NCBI GenBank assembly: GCA_963831755.1
Contig: CAWHRC010000010.1
Location: 4,785 to 68,784 of the forward strand
Origin: an uncultured Acidobacteriota bacterium
GTDB lineage: Bacteria > Acidobacteriota > Vicinamibacteria > Fen-336
Direction of reading: 5' to 3'
DNA length: 64,000 bases
Numbering within the stretch: position 1 is the stretch's first letter; every line of letters begins with the position of its first letter. Below, piece after piece: positions 34,079 to 43,941 of this stretch. The notes under the pieces are model-generated. The model was not told the origin of the DNA. It saw only the letters and a program-made list of their open reading frames with translations, and did not search any database. The position numbers and the translations under genes are program-made.

Positions 34079-35739
34079 TGCGTCCCGCCCAGGCGCTTCA
34101 GCACCACCAGCGTGCGGTCGTCGGTCGCGCGGGCGCCGGCCTCGAAGCGCTCGATCTCGCGCAGCACCGCGTCCTGCAGCGCCTCCGCGCCCAGCGCGCG
34201 GTCGCGGGTGAGCAGTGCCGCCAGCTTCTCCTCGCCGAACTCGTCGCCCTCCGGGTCCCAGGTCTCGGTCACCCCGTCGGAGTAGATGAGCAGCGTGTCG
34301 CCGGGCTCCATGCGCACCGCGCCGTCCGCGTAGACGACGTTCTCGAACATGCCCAGCACCAGGCCGCCGTCCTCGAGCCGCTGCAGCCTGCCGTCCGCGC
34401 GCACCAGCAGCGGCGGGTTGTGGCCCGCGTTGACGAAGCCCAGCCGGCCGCTGGCCGGGTCGAGCGCGGCCAGGAAGAAGGTCACGTACTTGCTCGAGGG
34501 CACGTTCTGGCAGACGGTGCGGTTGATGCGTGCGACGACGTCCGCGAGTCGCAGGCTCGGTCCAGTGCGCGCGCACCGCCGCGCGCAGCACGGTCATCAG
34601 CAGCGCGGCTCCCGTGCCCTTGCCCGAGACGTCGCCCAGCGCGATCAGCAGCCGGCCGTCCTCGAGCGCGAAGTCGTAGTAGTCGCCGCCCACCGTGCGG
34701 CAGGGCCGGTTGCAGCCGGCCAGGTCCCAGCCGGGGACGCTCGGCGCCTCGCGCGGCAGCAGGCCGTTCTGGATCTCGGCCGCCATCCGCATGTCCTCTT
34801 CCATGCGGCGCTTCTCGAGGCTCTCCTCGAGCAGCCGCACGTTCTCGATCTTGGCGGCCGCCACGTTGGCGAGCGCGGTCAGGACGCGCAGGTCGTCCTC
34901 GCTGAACGAGTGCGCCTGCTGCAGCGAGTCGACGTAGACCAGGCCGATCACCGAGTCGCGCGTCTCGCCGCTGGTGGCGGCGAACCACAGCGGGGCGCAC
35001 ATGGCGGTGCGGATGCCCGAGGCCAGGATCGAGTCCTCGCCCTTGAAGCGGACGTCCTCGAGCAAGTTCGGCAGCAGCAGCGAGACGCGCTCCTCGATCG
35101 CCCGCCGCGCGATCGAGCGGCTGATGCGGGTCAGGCTGTCGCCGCGCCGCGAGCGCGAGGCGCGGATCACCAGCTGTGGCGGGTTGCCCTCGAGGATCAG
35201 GATCGCCCCGCGCTCCGCCGCCACCGCCTCGAGCAGCAGGCCCAGCACCAGGTCGAACAGCTCGTCGAGCGGGCGGTGCACGACCAGCTGGCGCGCGGCC
35301 TCGCTGAGGATCGCCAGCACGCGGTTCTGGCGCTGCAGCTCGGCGGGGTCGATCGCGGGCTTGCGTGTTGATCGCGGACAGCTCGCGCACCGAGAAGACA
35401 CGCGTGCCCTCCGGCTCGCGCTCGTCCTCTTCCTCCTCCTCGGCGGGCGCGTCCGCGCAGAAGGTGAGCGTGTGCTCGCCCAGCGTGATCACGTCGCCGG
35501 GGCGCAGCCGCCGCCACTGCTCGACCGGCTCCCCGTTCAGCAGCGTGCCGTTCTTGCTGCGCAGGTCGCTCACCCAGTAGGCGTCGTCGCGCTGCTCGAT
35601 CGCCGCGTGGTGGCGCGAGAGCCACTGGTCCGGGCAGGAAGATGTCGCTCTCGCGCGAGCGGCCGATCGTCACCCGCGCCTTCGCGAGCGGATAGCGCTC
35701 GCGGGTGCCGCCGGCGGTCTGGATGGCGATCTCGGGCAT
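34075..35739 (-). CDS. FHA-GAF-PP2C (SpoIIE/RsbU-type) phosphatase (frameshifted)
   Basis: FHA: TIGRS, LSRHHA, SKNGT; GAF: AMCAPL...GLVYVDS; PP2C: GGDYYD, GDVSGKG, YSDGVTE, DDRT. Confidence 0.88.
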
Positions 35740-35798
35740 GGTCCGGGGAACGCCCGATTCTACCTCGCCGGCACGGGCGGACACGGTAGAGTACGGCG

Positions 35799-36992
35799 GT
35801 GCCCGAGCAGCCGGCAACGCTCCCGCGCAGGGCGGCCGTCGGGATCGGCGCAGCCTTCCTGATGGCGACCTCCGCCATCGGCCCGGGCTTCCTCACGCAG
35901 AGCGCGGTCTTCACCGAGCAGCAGGGGGCCGACTTCGCCTTCGCGATCCTCGTCTCCGTGCTGCTCGCGCTGGTCGTGCAGGCGAACGTCTGGCGCGTGC
36001 TGGGTGCCTCGGGCCGCAGGGCGCCGGAGCTCGCCTCGGCGGTCGTTCCGGGGCTGGGGGCCGCGCTGGCGCTGGTCGTGTTCGCGGGCGGGCTCGTGTT
36101 CAACGTGGGCAACGTCGCCGGCTGCGGGCTCGGCCTCGCCGTGTTCGGCGTGCCCACGCCGCTCGGCGCGGCGGCCTCCGCCGTGGCCGTGGCGGCGCTC
36201 GTGGCCGCGCCGCGGGCCGGGGCCGTCATCGACCAGGTCGCCCGCTGGCTCGGCCTGCTGATGATCGTGCTCACGGCAGGCGTGATGCTCGTCTCGCGCC
36301 CCGACTACCTCGGTGCCCTGCGCGGCGCGGTCTGGCCCCGGCGGGTCGAGGTGCTGCCCGTGCTCACTCTGCTCGGGGGGACCGTGGGCGGCTACATCCC
36401 GTTTTCCGGCGCGCACCGGCTGCTCGACGCGGGCGTGCGCGGGGCGCAGGCGGTCGGCCGTGTCAGCCGGAGCGCCGCGCTCGGCGTCGGCGTGACAGCG
36501 GCGATGCGGACGCTGTTCTTCCTCGCCGTGCTGGGGGTCGTCGGCCGCTCCGGCGCGCTCGACCCCGCGAACCCGCCCGCGAGCGCCTTCCGCCTCGGCG
36601 CCGGCGAGTGGGGCTACCGCCTGTTCGGCGTCGTGCTCTGGTCGGCGGGGCTCACCTCGGTCGTCGGCTGCACGTACACGTCCCTGTCCTTCGCCGAGAG
36701 CCAGTGGCCGCGGCTGCGTGAGCACCGCGCGGCCGGCGTCGCGGCCTTCGTGGCGGCCTCGCTCGCCGGGTTCCTCGCGCTCGGCAGGCCCGTCCGGCTG
36801 CTGATCCTCGCCGGGGCCCTCAACGGCATGGTGCTGCCGGCCACGCTGCTGGTGACCCTGCTGGCCGGGCGCCGTCCCGACCTGCTGGACGGGTATCGTC
36901 ACCCGCGCTGGCTGGCCGCGGCCGGCTGGGCCACGCTCGTCGTAGCCGCAGCCGCGGCCGCGGCGTCGCTCGGCGAGCTGCGCCGGCTCTAG
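35799..36992 (+). CDS. NRAMP-superfamily transporter, YcsG-like
   Basis: FLMATSAIGPGFLTQ, FNVGNVAG.GLG, GGTVGGYI.FSGAHRLLD, A.TSVVG..YTS; about 11 TM segments. Confidence 0.8.
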   Translation: MPEQPATLPRRAAVGIGAAFLMATSAIGPGFLTQSAVFTEQQGADFAFAILVSVLLALVVQANVWRVLGASGRRAPELASAVVPGLGAALALVVFAGGLVFNVGNVAGCGLGLAVFGVPTPLGAAASAVAVAALVAAPRAGAVIDQVARWLGLLMIVLTAGVMLVSRPDYLGALRGAVWPRRVEVLPVLTLLGGTVGGYIPFSGAHRLLDAGVRGAQAVGRVSRSAALGVGVTAAMRTLFFLAVLGVVGRSGALDPANPPASAFRLGAGEWGYRLFGVVLWSAGLTSVVGCTYTSLSFAESQWPRLREHRAAGVAAFVAASLAGFLALGRPVRLLILAGALNGMVLPATLLVTLLAGRRPDLLDGYRHPRWLAAAGWATLVVAAAAAAASLGELRRL

Positions 36993-36995
36993 CCC

Positions 36996-37964
36996 TCAGT
37001 TCGCGGCGCGCCGGCGGGGGACGGCGAAGTAGCCCTTGCGGACGCGCACCTCGGAGCCCGGCCGGTCGACCTTGAGCTCGATCTGGCGCCAGGTGCCGTC
37101 GGCGGCACGTTTGGGCGTGTAGGCGAGCAGGTAGTGGTTCTTGAGCTCGTTCGAGATCTCGTTGAAGACCTTCAGCAGGTCGCCGACCTTGTCGGGCGAG
37201 AAGTAGCGGCCGCCTGTCTCGTTCGCGATCTTGCGCAGGAAGCCGCGCGGGCTCCTGAAGCCCCCGAAGTCCTGGCCCTTGAAGCCGATGCAGTAGACGG
37301 TCGCCTCGACCGCGCGCGCGGCGTCGACGACCTCGTGGTCCCCGAGCGTGCTCGTGGTGTCGGCGCCGTCGCTGAACACGATCAGCGCCTTGCGCCCCGG
37401 CTGGTCCTTGATGCGGTCGAGCGAGTACTGGATCGCGTCGTAGAGGCTGGTGCCGCCCCAGGCCTGCAGGCCTTCGACGAAGCGCTCGAGCCGGTCGGTG
37501 TCGCCGCTGAAGTCGGCGCTGCCCTTGACGCTCTCGTTGAAGCTGACGACCAGCGCCTGGTCCACGTCGTCGAGCTTGTAGACGAAGCTCAGCACCGCCT
37601 CCTGCAGGAAGCGCAGGCTCTGCTTCATGCTGCCGCTGGTGTCGAGCACCAGCACGATCGACAGCGGCACGCGCTCGGAGGGGTCGCCCTGGCTCGAGGC
37701 CTCGCGGAAGTAGGACACGTCCTGCTTCACGCCGTCCTCGAGCAGCTCGACGTCCTTGGGCCCGAGCCCGTGGACGATCTTGCCGGCCTTGTCGAACACG
37801 ACCGCCGTCACTGACACCACGTCGACACCCACCTCCAGCGTGAACGGCTTGGGCGGGGCCGGGGGCGGGGGCGCGGCGGCCTGCGGCGCGGCGGGCGTGG
37901 GCGCCGTGGCCAGCAGGGCCACGAGCGCGAGCAGCGCGCAGGTCTGCGGCCGGGGCCGCCTCAC
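36996..37964 (-). CDS. Secreted VWA-domain protein of the acidobacterial VWFA type
   Basis: V.VFDK.G..V.GL...D..LLEDG..Q, VLDTSGSM (MIDAS), TSLYDA, RKALIVFSDGADT, ETGG, Y.L.Y.P...DG.WR. Confidence 0.85.
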   Translation of the reverse strand: MRRPRPQTCALLALVALLATAPTPAAPQAAAPPPPAPPKPFTLEVGVDVVSVTAVVFDKAGKIVHGLGPKDVELLEDGVKQDVSYFREASSQGDPSERVPLSIVLVLDTSGSMKQSLRFLQEAVLSFVYKLDDVDQALVVSFNESVKGSADFSGDTDRLERFVEGLQAWGGTSLYDAIQYSLDRIKDQPGRKALIVFSDGADTTSTLGDHEVVDAARAVEATVYCIGFKGQDFGGFRSPRGFLRKIANETGGRYFSPDKVGDLLKVFNEISNELKNHYLLAYTPKRAADGTWRQIELKVDRPGSEVRVRKGYFAVPRRRAAN

Positions 37965-38545
37965 GCGGCCGCGACCGTGCGGTGCCGGCGCAGCCAGCGC
38001 GAGGCGAGGAACAGCGTGAGTCCCAGCGCGCACACGACGAGCAGGGGCACCAGCACGGCCGCCACGAAGGTGAGGATGGAGACCACGTCCTCGAGCAGGC
38101 TGAGCAGCGGGTTCGCGAGGCCCCCGGTGGCCGCGGTCGACGCCGCGCGCAGCACCGACTTGGCCGCGTGCGGGACCAGGGCCGACGGCGCGCCGACCGC
38201 CGTGCCCAGCACGATCGCGGTCAGTGGGTCCGAGACGGTGCCGAGCACCGAGGCGGCGAGCAGCGCGCCGGCGGCAGGCCGCAGCGGCGTGCCGATCAAG
38301 TCGAGCGCGTGGTCGACCACGGGGATCTTGTCGCCCACGATCTCGACGAAGGTCGCGACCCCGAAGACCAGCAGGGCCTTGTTCGACGCGAGGAACTGGA
38401 ACGAGGGCCCCAGGTCCAGCACCCCGAGCCGGGCCAGGCCGGCCGCCAGCAGCAGCGGCAGCCAGGCCCGCAGGCCCGCCGACGCGGCGAGCGCGACGGC
38501 GAGCGCGAGCGCGGGCAGGAACTCCGTCAACGACTCGACGCTCAT
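37961..38545 (-). CDS. DUF4126-family membrane protein
   Basis: AASAGLRAWLPLL, EIVGDKIPVVDHALD, NPLLSLLED. Confidence 0.8.
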   Translation of the reverse strand: MSVESLTEFLPALALAVALAASAGLRAWLPLLLAAGLARLGVLDLGPSFQFLASNKALLVFGVATFVEIVGDKIPVVDHALDLIGTPLRPAAGALLAASVLGTVSDPLTAIVLGTAVGAPSALVPHAAKSVLRAASTAATGGLANPLLSLLEDVVSILTFVAAVLVPLLVVCALGLTLFLASRWLRRHRTVAAA

Positions 38546-38580
38546 GATCCGAGCCTAGGACCCGGACCGAGGGGTGTCAA
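38546..38580 (-). promoter_or_regulatory. Sigma70-type promoter for the DUF4126-VWA pair, predicted leaderless
   Basis: TTGACA-N17-TAGGCT-N6-ATG on the minus strand, no SD. Confidence 0.7.
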
Positions 38581-39374
38581 GGAGCCGTCGGCTGCGCCAG
38601 CTCGACCTGCAGCGTCGCGCTGAACGTGTCGACCGCGCGCATCCTGCGGTGCGTGTACTCCATCGACCCGCGGCCCTGCTGCAGCCTCAGGACCGAGGTC
38701 CGGCCCGCCTCCAGCGGCAGCTCGCCGCTGGCGCTGACGAGGTCGCGCCACTGGGGGGCGCTCGTGGTCCCGTCGTTGATCTGGTAGGCCAGCGTGATCG
38801 TGCGGCGGCCGGCCAGCGTCCCCGGCAGCTTCAGCGGCAGGCCGATCTCTCCCGGCACCACGACCGGCAGCCCGGCGACCACCCCTTCGGCGGCGTGGAT
38901 CGCGAGCTTCTCGGGCGAGAAGACGAACGAGTTCACCACCGCCCTCGGAAGGTCCTCCGGGTCGAGCGTCGTGTCCGTGTACGTGGCGATCTCGCTCCCG
39001 TCCACACGCAGCGCGAGCCGGAGGCTCGGGTCGGGTGGCGCGGCCTTCGGGTCCCAGGCCTGCCAGAAGCTGTCTCCGGCGATCACGAGGTGGAGCCGTG
39101 TCGGCTGCGGCGGAGGTGGCGGCGGCGGCGTGGGCGGAGCGGCCGGCACGTTCAGCACCTCCACCGTGCCGTCGTCGTGCTCGATGCGGGAGACGGCTTC
39201 CCTCGGCAGTACGAGCACGCCGTAGGGCGTCTGCACGCGCAGCCGCTTGCTGGTCTTCGACACGACGCGACCGGTCACCCGGTCGCCGTTGGCCAGCGTC
39301 AGGACGTCGGCGCGTGCCACGGCGCCCGACGCGGCGAGCAGGAACAGGAGGGCGGCGGCCAGCACGGTGCGCAT
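38577..39374 (-). CDS. Secreted hypothetical protein
   Basis: Signal peptide ending ARA-D; DVLTLANGDRVTGRVV small beta domain, Pro-rich linker, second beta-rich domain. Confidence 0.7.
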   Translation of the reverse strand: MRTVLAAALLFLLAASGAVARADVLTLANGDRVTGRVVSKTSKRLRVQTPYGVLVLPREAVSRIEHDDGTVEVLNVPAAPPTPPPPPPPQPTRLHLVIAGDSFWQAWDPKAAPPDPSLRLALRVDGSEIATYTDTTLDPEDLPRAVVNSFVFSPEKLAIHAAEGVVAGLPVVVPGEIGLPLKLPGTLAGRRTITLAYQINDGTTSAPQWRDLVSASGELPLEAGRTSVLRLQQGRGSMEYTHRRMRAVDTFSATLQVELAQPTAP

Positions 39375-39382
39375 GGTGTCCC

Positions 39383-41155
39383 TCACGGCTTGCGGAACAG
39401 CTTGCGGAACAGCCCACCGGCCTCGCGCGGCGGGTTGGCCGGCTCTTCGGCGACGCGGTGGGACGCGACGTACTGGGCGGCCTCCTCGTGCTCCGGCCGC
39501 AGCTCGAGGGCCTTCCTGTACATGCTCAGTGCCCGGTTCTGCATCCCCTTGCCCGCGTAGATCCCGCCCAGCAGCGCCCAGGCCTCGGCCGCCGCCGGGT
39601 CGCGCCGCGTCGCACCGAGCAGGGTCTCCTCCGCGCGCCGGGCCCACTTGGGGTTCTTGAGGTAGCAGCGCGAGAGCAGGACGTCTCCCTTCGAGCGCAG
39701 CTTGCCCTGCAACTTGTGCACGATCGGCTCGAGCACCTGGATCGCATCCCAGTACTCGCTGCCGCCGCCCTCGGCGTGCTCGCTCTTCTCGCGCTGCTCC
39801 GCCTTCTCGTAGAGCTTCTGTGCGCGCCAGATGGCCTCCTCCGCGACTCGCGCGTCCTCCTCGTCGTCGGGGGCCGCAGGAGCGTCCGCCGGCGTCGTCC
39901 CGGCCGTCGGCGCCGGCGTGCCCGAGGCCGGCGTCGTCGGCCCACCGGAACGCGGCCGGCCGAGCCGCTCTTCGTAATGGGCGCGCCGCCGCGTGTCGCG
40001 CAGGACCTCGTAGGCGTCGCCGAGCCGGATGAACACGGCCTCGAGCTGGTCGTGCAGGTCGCCGAGCGAGCTGCCGTGGTGCACGTCGGGGTGGAAGCGC
40101 TTGGCGAGGCGGAAGTAGGCTTCCTTCACGTCCGTCTCCGTCGCGTTTCGGGCGAGCCCGAGCACCTCGAAGTGATTGCGGGTCTTGAGGCCTTCCCACG
40201 CCTCCTGGATCTCACGGCGCTGCTCCGCGCCCCCGCGATCCTCGGCCGCGGCCGGTGGCTCGTCGGGCGGCGTCGCCGGCGGCGGCGCGGGCGGCGCGGG
40301 CTGCGCGAGCGAAGGAGAGGGAGGAGAGGGAGGTGCTGGAGGCGCCGGCGGGGGCATTGCTGCCGGTGGGGTTGCTGCCGCTGGAGGGCTTGCTGGCGCC
40401 GGGGGGACTGCCGCCGCCGCCGCCGCCGCGGCTCCCGCCTTCTCGCGGCGCACGCTGGCCGTGAACTCCACGACACCGGTGGAGAGCAGGCCGAAGAGGC
40501 TTCGCTCCACGTCCTCTGCGGGCAGAGGGATGATCTGCGCGATCTCTCGAGCGCTCGTGGTCCCGTCCACCCGCGAGAGCACGAAGCCGTCGGTCGGCGA
40601 CAGCGTGAGCTTCTGGAAACGCAGCAGCGGGTCGCCGGACGGCGCGAGCACCCGGTCCATGTCCCCCAGTGCGTAGCGCACGACGTCGGGATCGCGCACG
40701 GCCTGCACCGCCTCGAGGATCAGCTCGCCCGTCGAGAGCTTCAGCGTCAGCTCACCGCCGGCGTCCTCTTCCTCGTCCTCGAACGAGTACTCGCCCTCGT
40801 CCCAGGTGAACAGCTTCGTGAGCATCTCGTGGACGTGGTAGGCGACGGCGTCCTCGAGCCGGCTGGCGTCGACCAGCCCGAGCTCGGTCAGCACCTCGCC
40901 CAGGCGCTTCTTGTCGCGGATCACGATCTCGGTGGCGCGGGCCAGGTCGGCCTCCGAGAGCCAGCCGCGGCGCACCATCAGCTCTCCCATCCGCTCCTGC
41001 ACCACGTTCGTACGCGCGTTCACGATGTGGCCCCGCCGGAAGCGCAGGCTCTGCCGCTCCTCGTCGCGCACGACGTGCAGCCAGCCGTTGCGCCGCCGGA
41101 CGTAGATCTCCCGCAGCAGCTGGGGGACGACGCCTTCCGAGAGCGGGCCCGACAC
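39383..41155 (-). CDS. DUF4388 (PATAN-like) + MshEN-like + DnaJ J-domain + TPR protein
   Basis: N-terminal G.L......PQLL...Y.RR..G.L; NHFEVLGL...KEAYFRLAKRFHPD; C-terminal TPR-like AEAWALLG.IY...G...RA...YRKALEL.P. Confidence 0.82.
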   Translation of the reverse strand: MSGPLSEGVVPQLLREIYVRRRNGWLHVVRDEERQSLRFRRGHIVNARTNVVQERMGELMVRRGWLSEADLARATEIVIRDKKRLGEVLTELGLVDASRLEDAVAYHVHEMLTKLFTWDEGEYSFEDEEEDAGGELTLKLSTGELILEAVQAVRDPDVVRYALGDMDRVLAPSGDPLLRFQKLTLSPTDGFVLSRVDGTTSAREIAQIIPLPAEDVERSLFGLLSTGVVEFTASVRREKAGAAAAAAAAVPPAPASPPAAATPPAAMPPPAPPAPPSPPSPSLAQPAPPAPPPATPPDEPPAAAEDRGGAEQRREIQEAWEGLKTRNHFEVLGLARNATETDVKEAYFRLAKRFHPDVHHGSSLGDLHDQLEAVFIRLGDAYEVLRDTRRRAHYEERLGRPRSGGPTTPASGTPAPTAGTTPADAPAAPDDEEDARVAEEAIWRAQKLYEKAEQREKSEHAEGGGSEYWDAIQVLEPIVHKLQGKLRSKGDVLLSRCYLKNPKWARRAEETLLGATRRDPAAAEAWALLGGIYAGKGMQNRALSMYRKALELRPEHEEAAQYVASHRVAEEPANPPREAGGLFRKLFRKP

Positions 41156-41159
41156 GCCC

Positions 41160-42194
41160 CTAGCGCTTCCGCCGCGGCGCGGCGGCGAGGTCCTGGGGGT
41201 TGAGCGCGTGAACGAGCGGGAGGTCCTTCACCGTGAGCAGCCCCGGCGGCGAGGCGAGTACGCGGGCGAGCGAGTTGACGAGCAGCGCGGCGGTCGATGC
41301 CTCGGAGCTGAGCCCGCCCGCGATCGTGGCGTCGATCGGCGGGTCGCCGTCGACGAGCACGTGGTCGCGCGGCGACTCGGCGCCCACGTAGACCTGCAGG
41401 TCCAGGCTGATCGCCAGCTCGGCCCCGCGGTAGGCGCGCAGGCACTGCTTGAGCCCGGCCACGGCCCCGGCGGGGATGCGCAGGTACTCGGTGTCGAGGT
41501 CGCGCGGCGCGATCGCGGGCTCGACCGTCTCGTCCAGCCGCTCGAGCTTCCAGCCGAGCGCTGCGGCGATCATCTGCGCCGACTGCGGCAGCCCCACGTG
41601 GCGGATCGTGCCCTCGGTCAGGGCGCGGCGGAACTGCCCCAGGTTCAGCCCCGCGCCCACCCGCCGCTGGACGGTCAGCTTGCCGCCCGCGTCGACGACA
41701 CGCGTGACCGCCACCCGCCGCACCTTCGCGCAGGGCCCGGTCAGCGTCAGCGCCAGCGCGTCCATCGCGAAGCCCGGGTTCACGCCCGTCGCCAGCACGC
41801 CGACCTTCCGGGCGCGCGCCAGGCGGTCGATCTCGCGGAACGCGCTCAGCTGGCCGGACGCGGGGTGGGCCAGCTCCTCGCAGCTCGTGAGGACGTGCAT
41901 GCGGTGGCCCACCAGGGACACCACCTGCGGGCGCACCTCCTTCAACAGCGACGAGGTGCACACGAACGCGACGTCGGCACGCACCTTGCGCAGCCAGCGC
42001 TCGGGGTCCCCGTCGACCTTGACGCCGAGCTTCCGTGGCAGCCCCAGGACGCTGCCGACGTCGACGCCGGCGTAGCGCGCCGCCGGGTCCGCGGCGGCGG
42101 CCAGCTTGAGCCCCGGCGTCTGGAGCACCAGGCGCGCCACGGCCTGGCCCACTGGACCGAGTCCTGCGACGGCCACCTTCAGCGTGCGTGGCAT
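41160..42194 (-). CDS. NAD(P)-dependent oxidoreductase of the 2,4-diaminopentanoate dehydrogenase / native amine dehydrogenase family
   Basis: VAVAGLGPVG Rossmann motif, LTSCEEL, LATGVNPGFAMD, VGAGL, HVGL..S, PGL.T..DLP. Confidence 0.75.
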   Translation of the reverse strand: MPRTLKVAVAGLGPVGQAVARLVLQTPGLKLAAAADPAARYAGVDVGSVLGLPRKLGVKVDGDPERWLRKVRADVAFVCTSSLLKEVRPQVVSLVGHRMHVLTSCEELAHPASGQLSAFREIDRLARARKVGVLATGVNPGFAMDALALTLTGPCAKVRRVAVTRVVDAGGKLTVQRRVGAGLNLGQFRRALTEGTIRHVGLPQSAQMIAAALGWKLERLDETVEPAIAPRDLDTEYLRIPAGAVAGLKQCLRAYRGAELAISLDLQVYVGAESPRDHVLVDGDPPIDATIAGGLSSEASTAALLVNSLARVLASPPGLLTVKDLPLVHALNPQDLAAAPRRKR

Positions 42195-42214
42195 GCCGGG
42201 GCCCCGCTCCTGAC

Positions 42215-42445
42215 CTAGCGCTCGACCTCGATCGGCGGCACCTCCGGCTCCGGCTTGGCGGAGATGATGACCGTCGTGGCGATCGGCAGCAGCGTGGTGT
42301 AGCTGCCCCCTTGCAGCGTCAGCGTGACTTCGTAGAACCCCTCGGCCGCCACCCGCACCAGCCGCCCGCTCACCGTCTTGGTCCCGCCGAGCAGGTTGCC
42401 CAGCAGGTCGCTGCTGATCTTTATCGTCGCCTCGCGCTCGATCAT
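42215..42445 (-). CDS. Small hypothetical protein (76 aa, beta-rich)
   Basis: GC3-biased ORF tightly placed between lat and the dehydrogenase gene. Confidence 0.7.
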   Translation of the reverse strand: MIEREATIKISSDLLGNLLGGTKTVSGRLVRVAAEGFYEVTLTLQGGSYTTLLPIATTVIISAKPEPEVPPIEVER

Positions 42446-42449
42446 CGCT

Positions 42450-43784
42450 TCAAAGCTCCTTCAGGGTCCGGCGCACGATGTCGAGGCCGGCGTCGGCCTC
42501 GGCGGGGGTGAGGTTGAGCGCGGGGCGGAAGCGGATGGAGCGCGGCCCGCAGGTGAGCAGCAGCAGCCCGTTCGCGAGCAGCAGGTCCTGCGCCCGGTCG
42601 CGCGCCTCGCGGCTCGGCAGGTCGAAGGCGAGCATCAGGCCGCGACCGCGCGCGTTCGTGATCACGCCGCCCAGCTCCCGCTCGACGCCGCGCAGCCCCT
42701 CGAGCAACCGGCTGCCCACCTGGCGCGCGTTCTCCACGAGGCCGTCCTCCTCCAGGATCTCGAGGAAGCGGGCCGAGCGCACCATGTCGGTGAGGCCGCC
42801 GCCCCAGGTGGAGTTGATCCGCGAGGGGACCTTGAACACGTTGTCGGGCTCCTCGTCGACCCTCGGCCCGACCATGCAGCCGCAGACCTGCGCCTTCTTG
42901 CCGAACGCCAGCGCGTCAGGCTGCAGGCCGAAGTGCTCGTGGGCCCACATGCGGCCGGTGATGCCGACGCCCGTCTGGACCTCGTCGACGACGAAGAGGG
43001 CGTCGTGCTCGCGCGCCTTGCGCTCGACGGCCCGCAGGAACTCCGGACGAAAGTGGTTGTCCCCGCCCTCGGCCTGGATCGGCTCGACGATGACGGCGGC
43101 GACGTCGTCCGGGTTGTCCGCGAATGCACGCTCGATCTCCTCGAGCGACTGCTGCTCCGCGGCCGCCACGTCGCGCTCGACCTCGGGCGTCACCGGGAAG
43201 CGCAGCTTGGGGTTGGACACGCGCGGCCAGCGGAACTTCGGGAACAGGTCGGTCTTCACGGGGTCCGTATTGGTGAGCGACAGCGTGTACCCCGAGCGGC
43301 CGTGGAAGGCCTCGCGGAAGTGGAGCACCTGCTGGCCGCGCTCGCCCGGGATTCCCCTGGCGCGGTTGCGGCGGACCTTCCAGTCGAAGGCCGTCTTGAG
43401 CGCGTTCTCGACGCCGAGCGTGCCGCCCTCGATGAAGAACAGGTACTTGAAGTGCGCCGGCTTCGCGATCCGCGCGAACACGTCCACGAACCACGCGTAC
43501 TCCGCGCAGTACAGGTCCGACAGTGACGGCTTCAGCTGCGCCACACGGTAGAGGACCTTGAGGAACTCCGGGTCCTTCATCCTGGGGTGGTTGAAGCCGA
43601 CCGGGCTGGAGGCGAAGAAGCTGCAGAAGTCGAGCAGCTCGCGGCCGTTGCGCGCGTCGTACAGCCACGCGCCATGGCTGCGCTCGAAGTCGACCACGAC
43701 GTCGAAGCCGTCGGCGAGCATGTAGCGCGAGAGGTGGCCGTGGACGTCGGCGGCGGATACCAGGTTGAGGGTGCTTGTCGTCAT
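42450..43784 (-). CDS. lat: L-lysine 6-transaminase (class III PLP aminotransferase)
   Basis: FFIEGGTLGVENALKTAFDWKVR, FHGRSGYTLSLTNT, EPIQAEGGD, DEVQTG, FGKK (PLP Lys), RINSTWGG. Confidence 0.9.
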   Translation of the reverse strand: MTTSTLNLVSAADVHGHLSRYMLADGFDVVVDFERSHGAWLYDARNGRELLDFCSFFASSPVGFNHPRMKDPEFLKVLYRVAQLKPSLSDLYCAEYAWFVDVFARIAKPAHFKYLFFIEGGTLGVENALKTAFDWKVRRNRARGIPGERGQQVLHFREAFHGRSGYTLSLTNTDPVKTDLFPKFRWPRVSNPKLRFPVTPEVERDVAAAEQQSLEEIERAFADNPDDVAAVIVEPIQAEGGDNHFRPEFLRAVERKAREHDALFVVDEVQTGVGITGRMWAHEHFGLQPDALAFGKKAQVCGCMVGPRVDEEPDNVFKVPSRINSTWGGGLTDMVRSARFLEILEEDGLVENARQVGSRLLEGLRGVERELGGVITNARGRGLMLAFDLPSREARDRAQDLLLANGLLLLTCGPRSIRFRPALNLTPAEADAGLDIVRRTLKEL

Positions 43785-43941
43785 GGGGCGGGAGCTCCTT
43801 GCTGGACCGGATAGAGACTGTCCTGAGGATGGCGACGCGCGCGGGCCACCCTAGGTCATCCCCCGGTCGTATTGCGACAAGAGCTCTCGATTCAAGGACT
43901 TCGCTCGGCAGATTGGTCGACGGCGGCAGCCCGGAATATGC

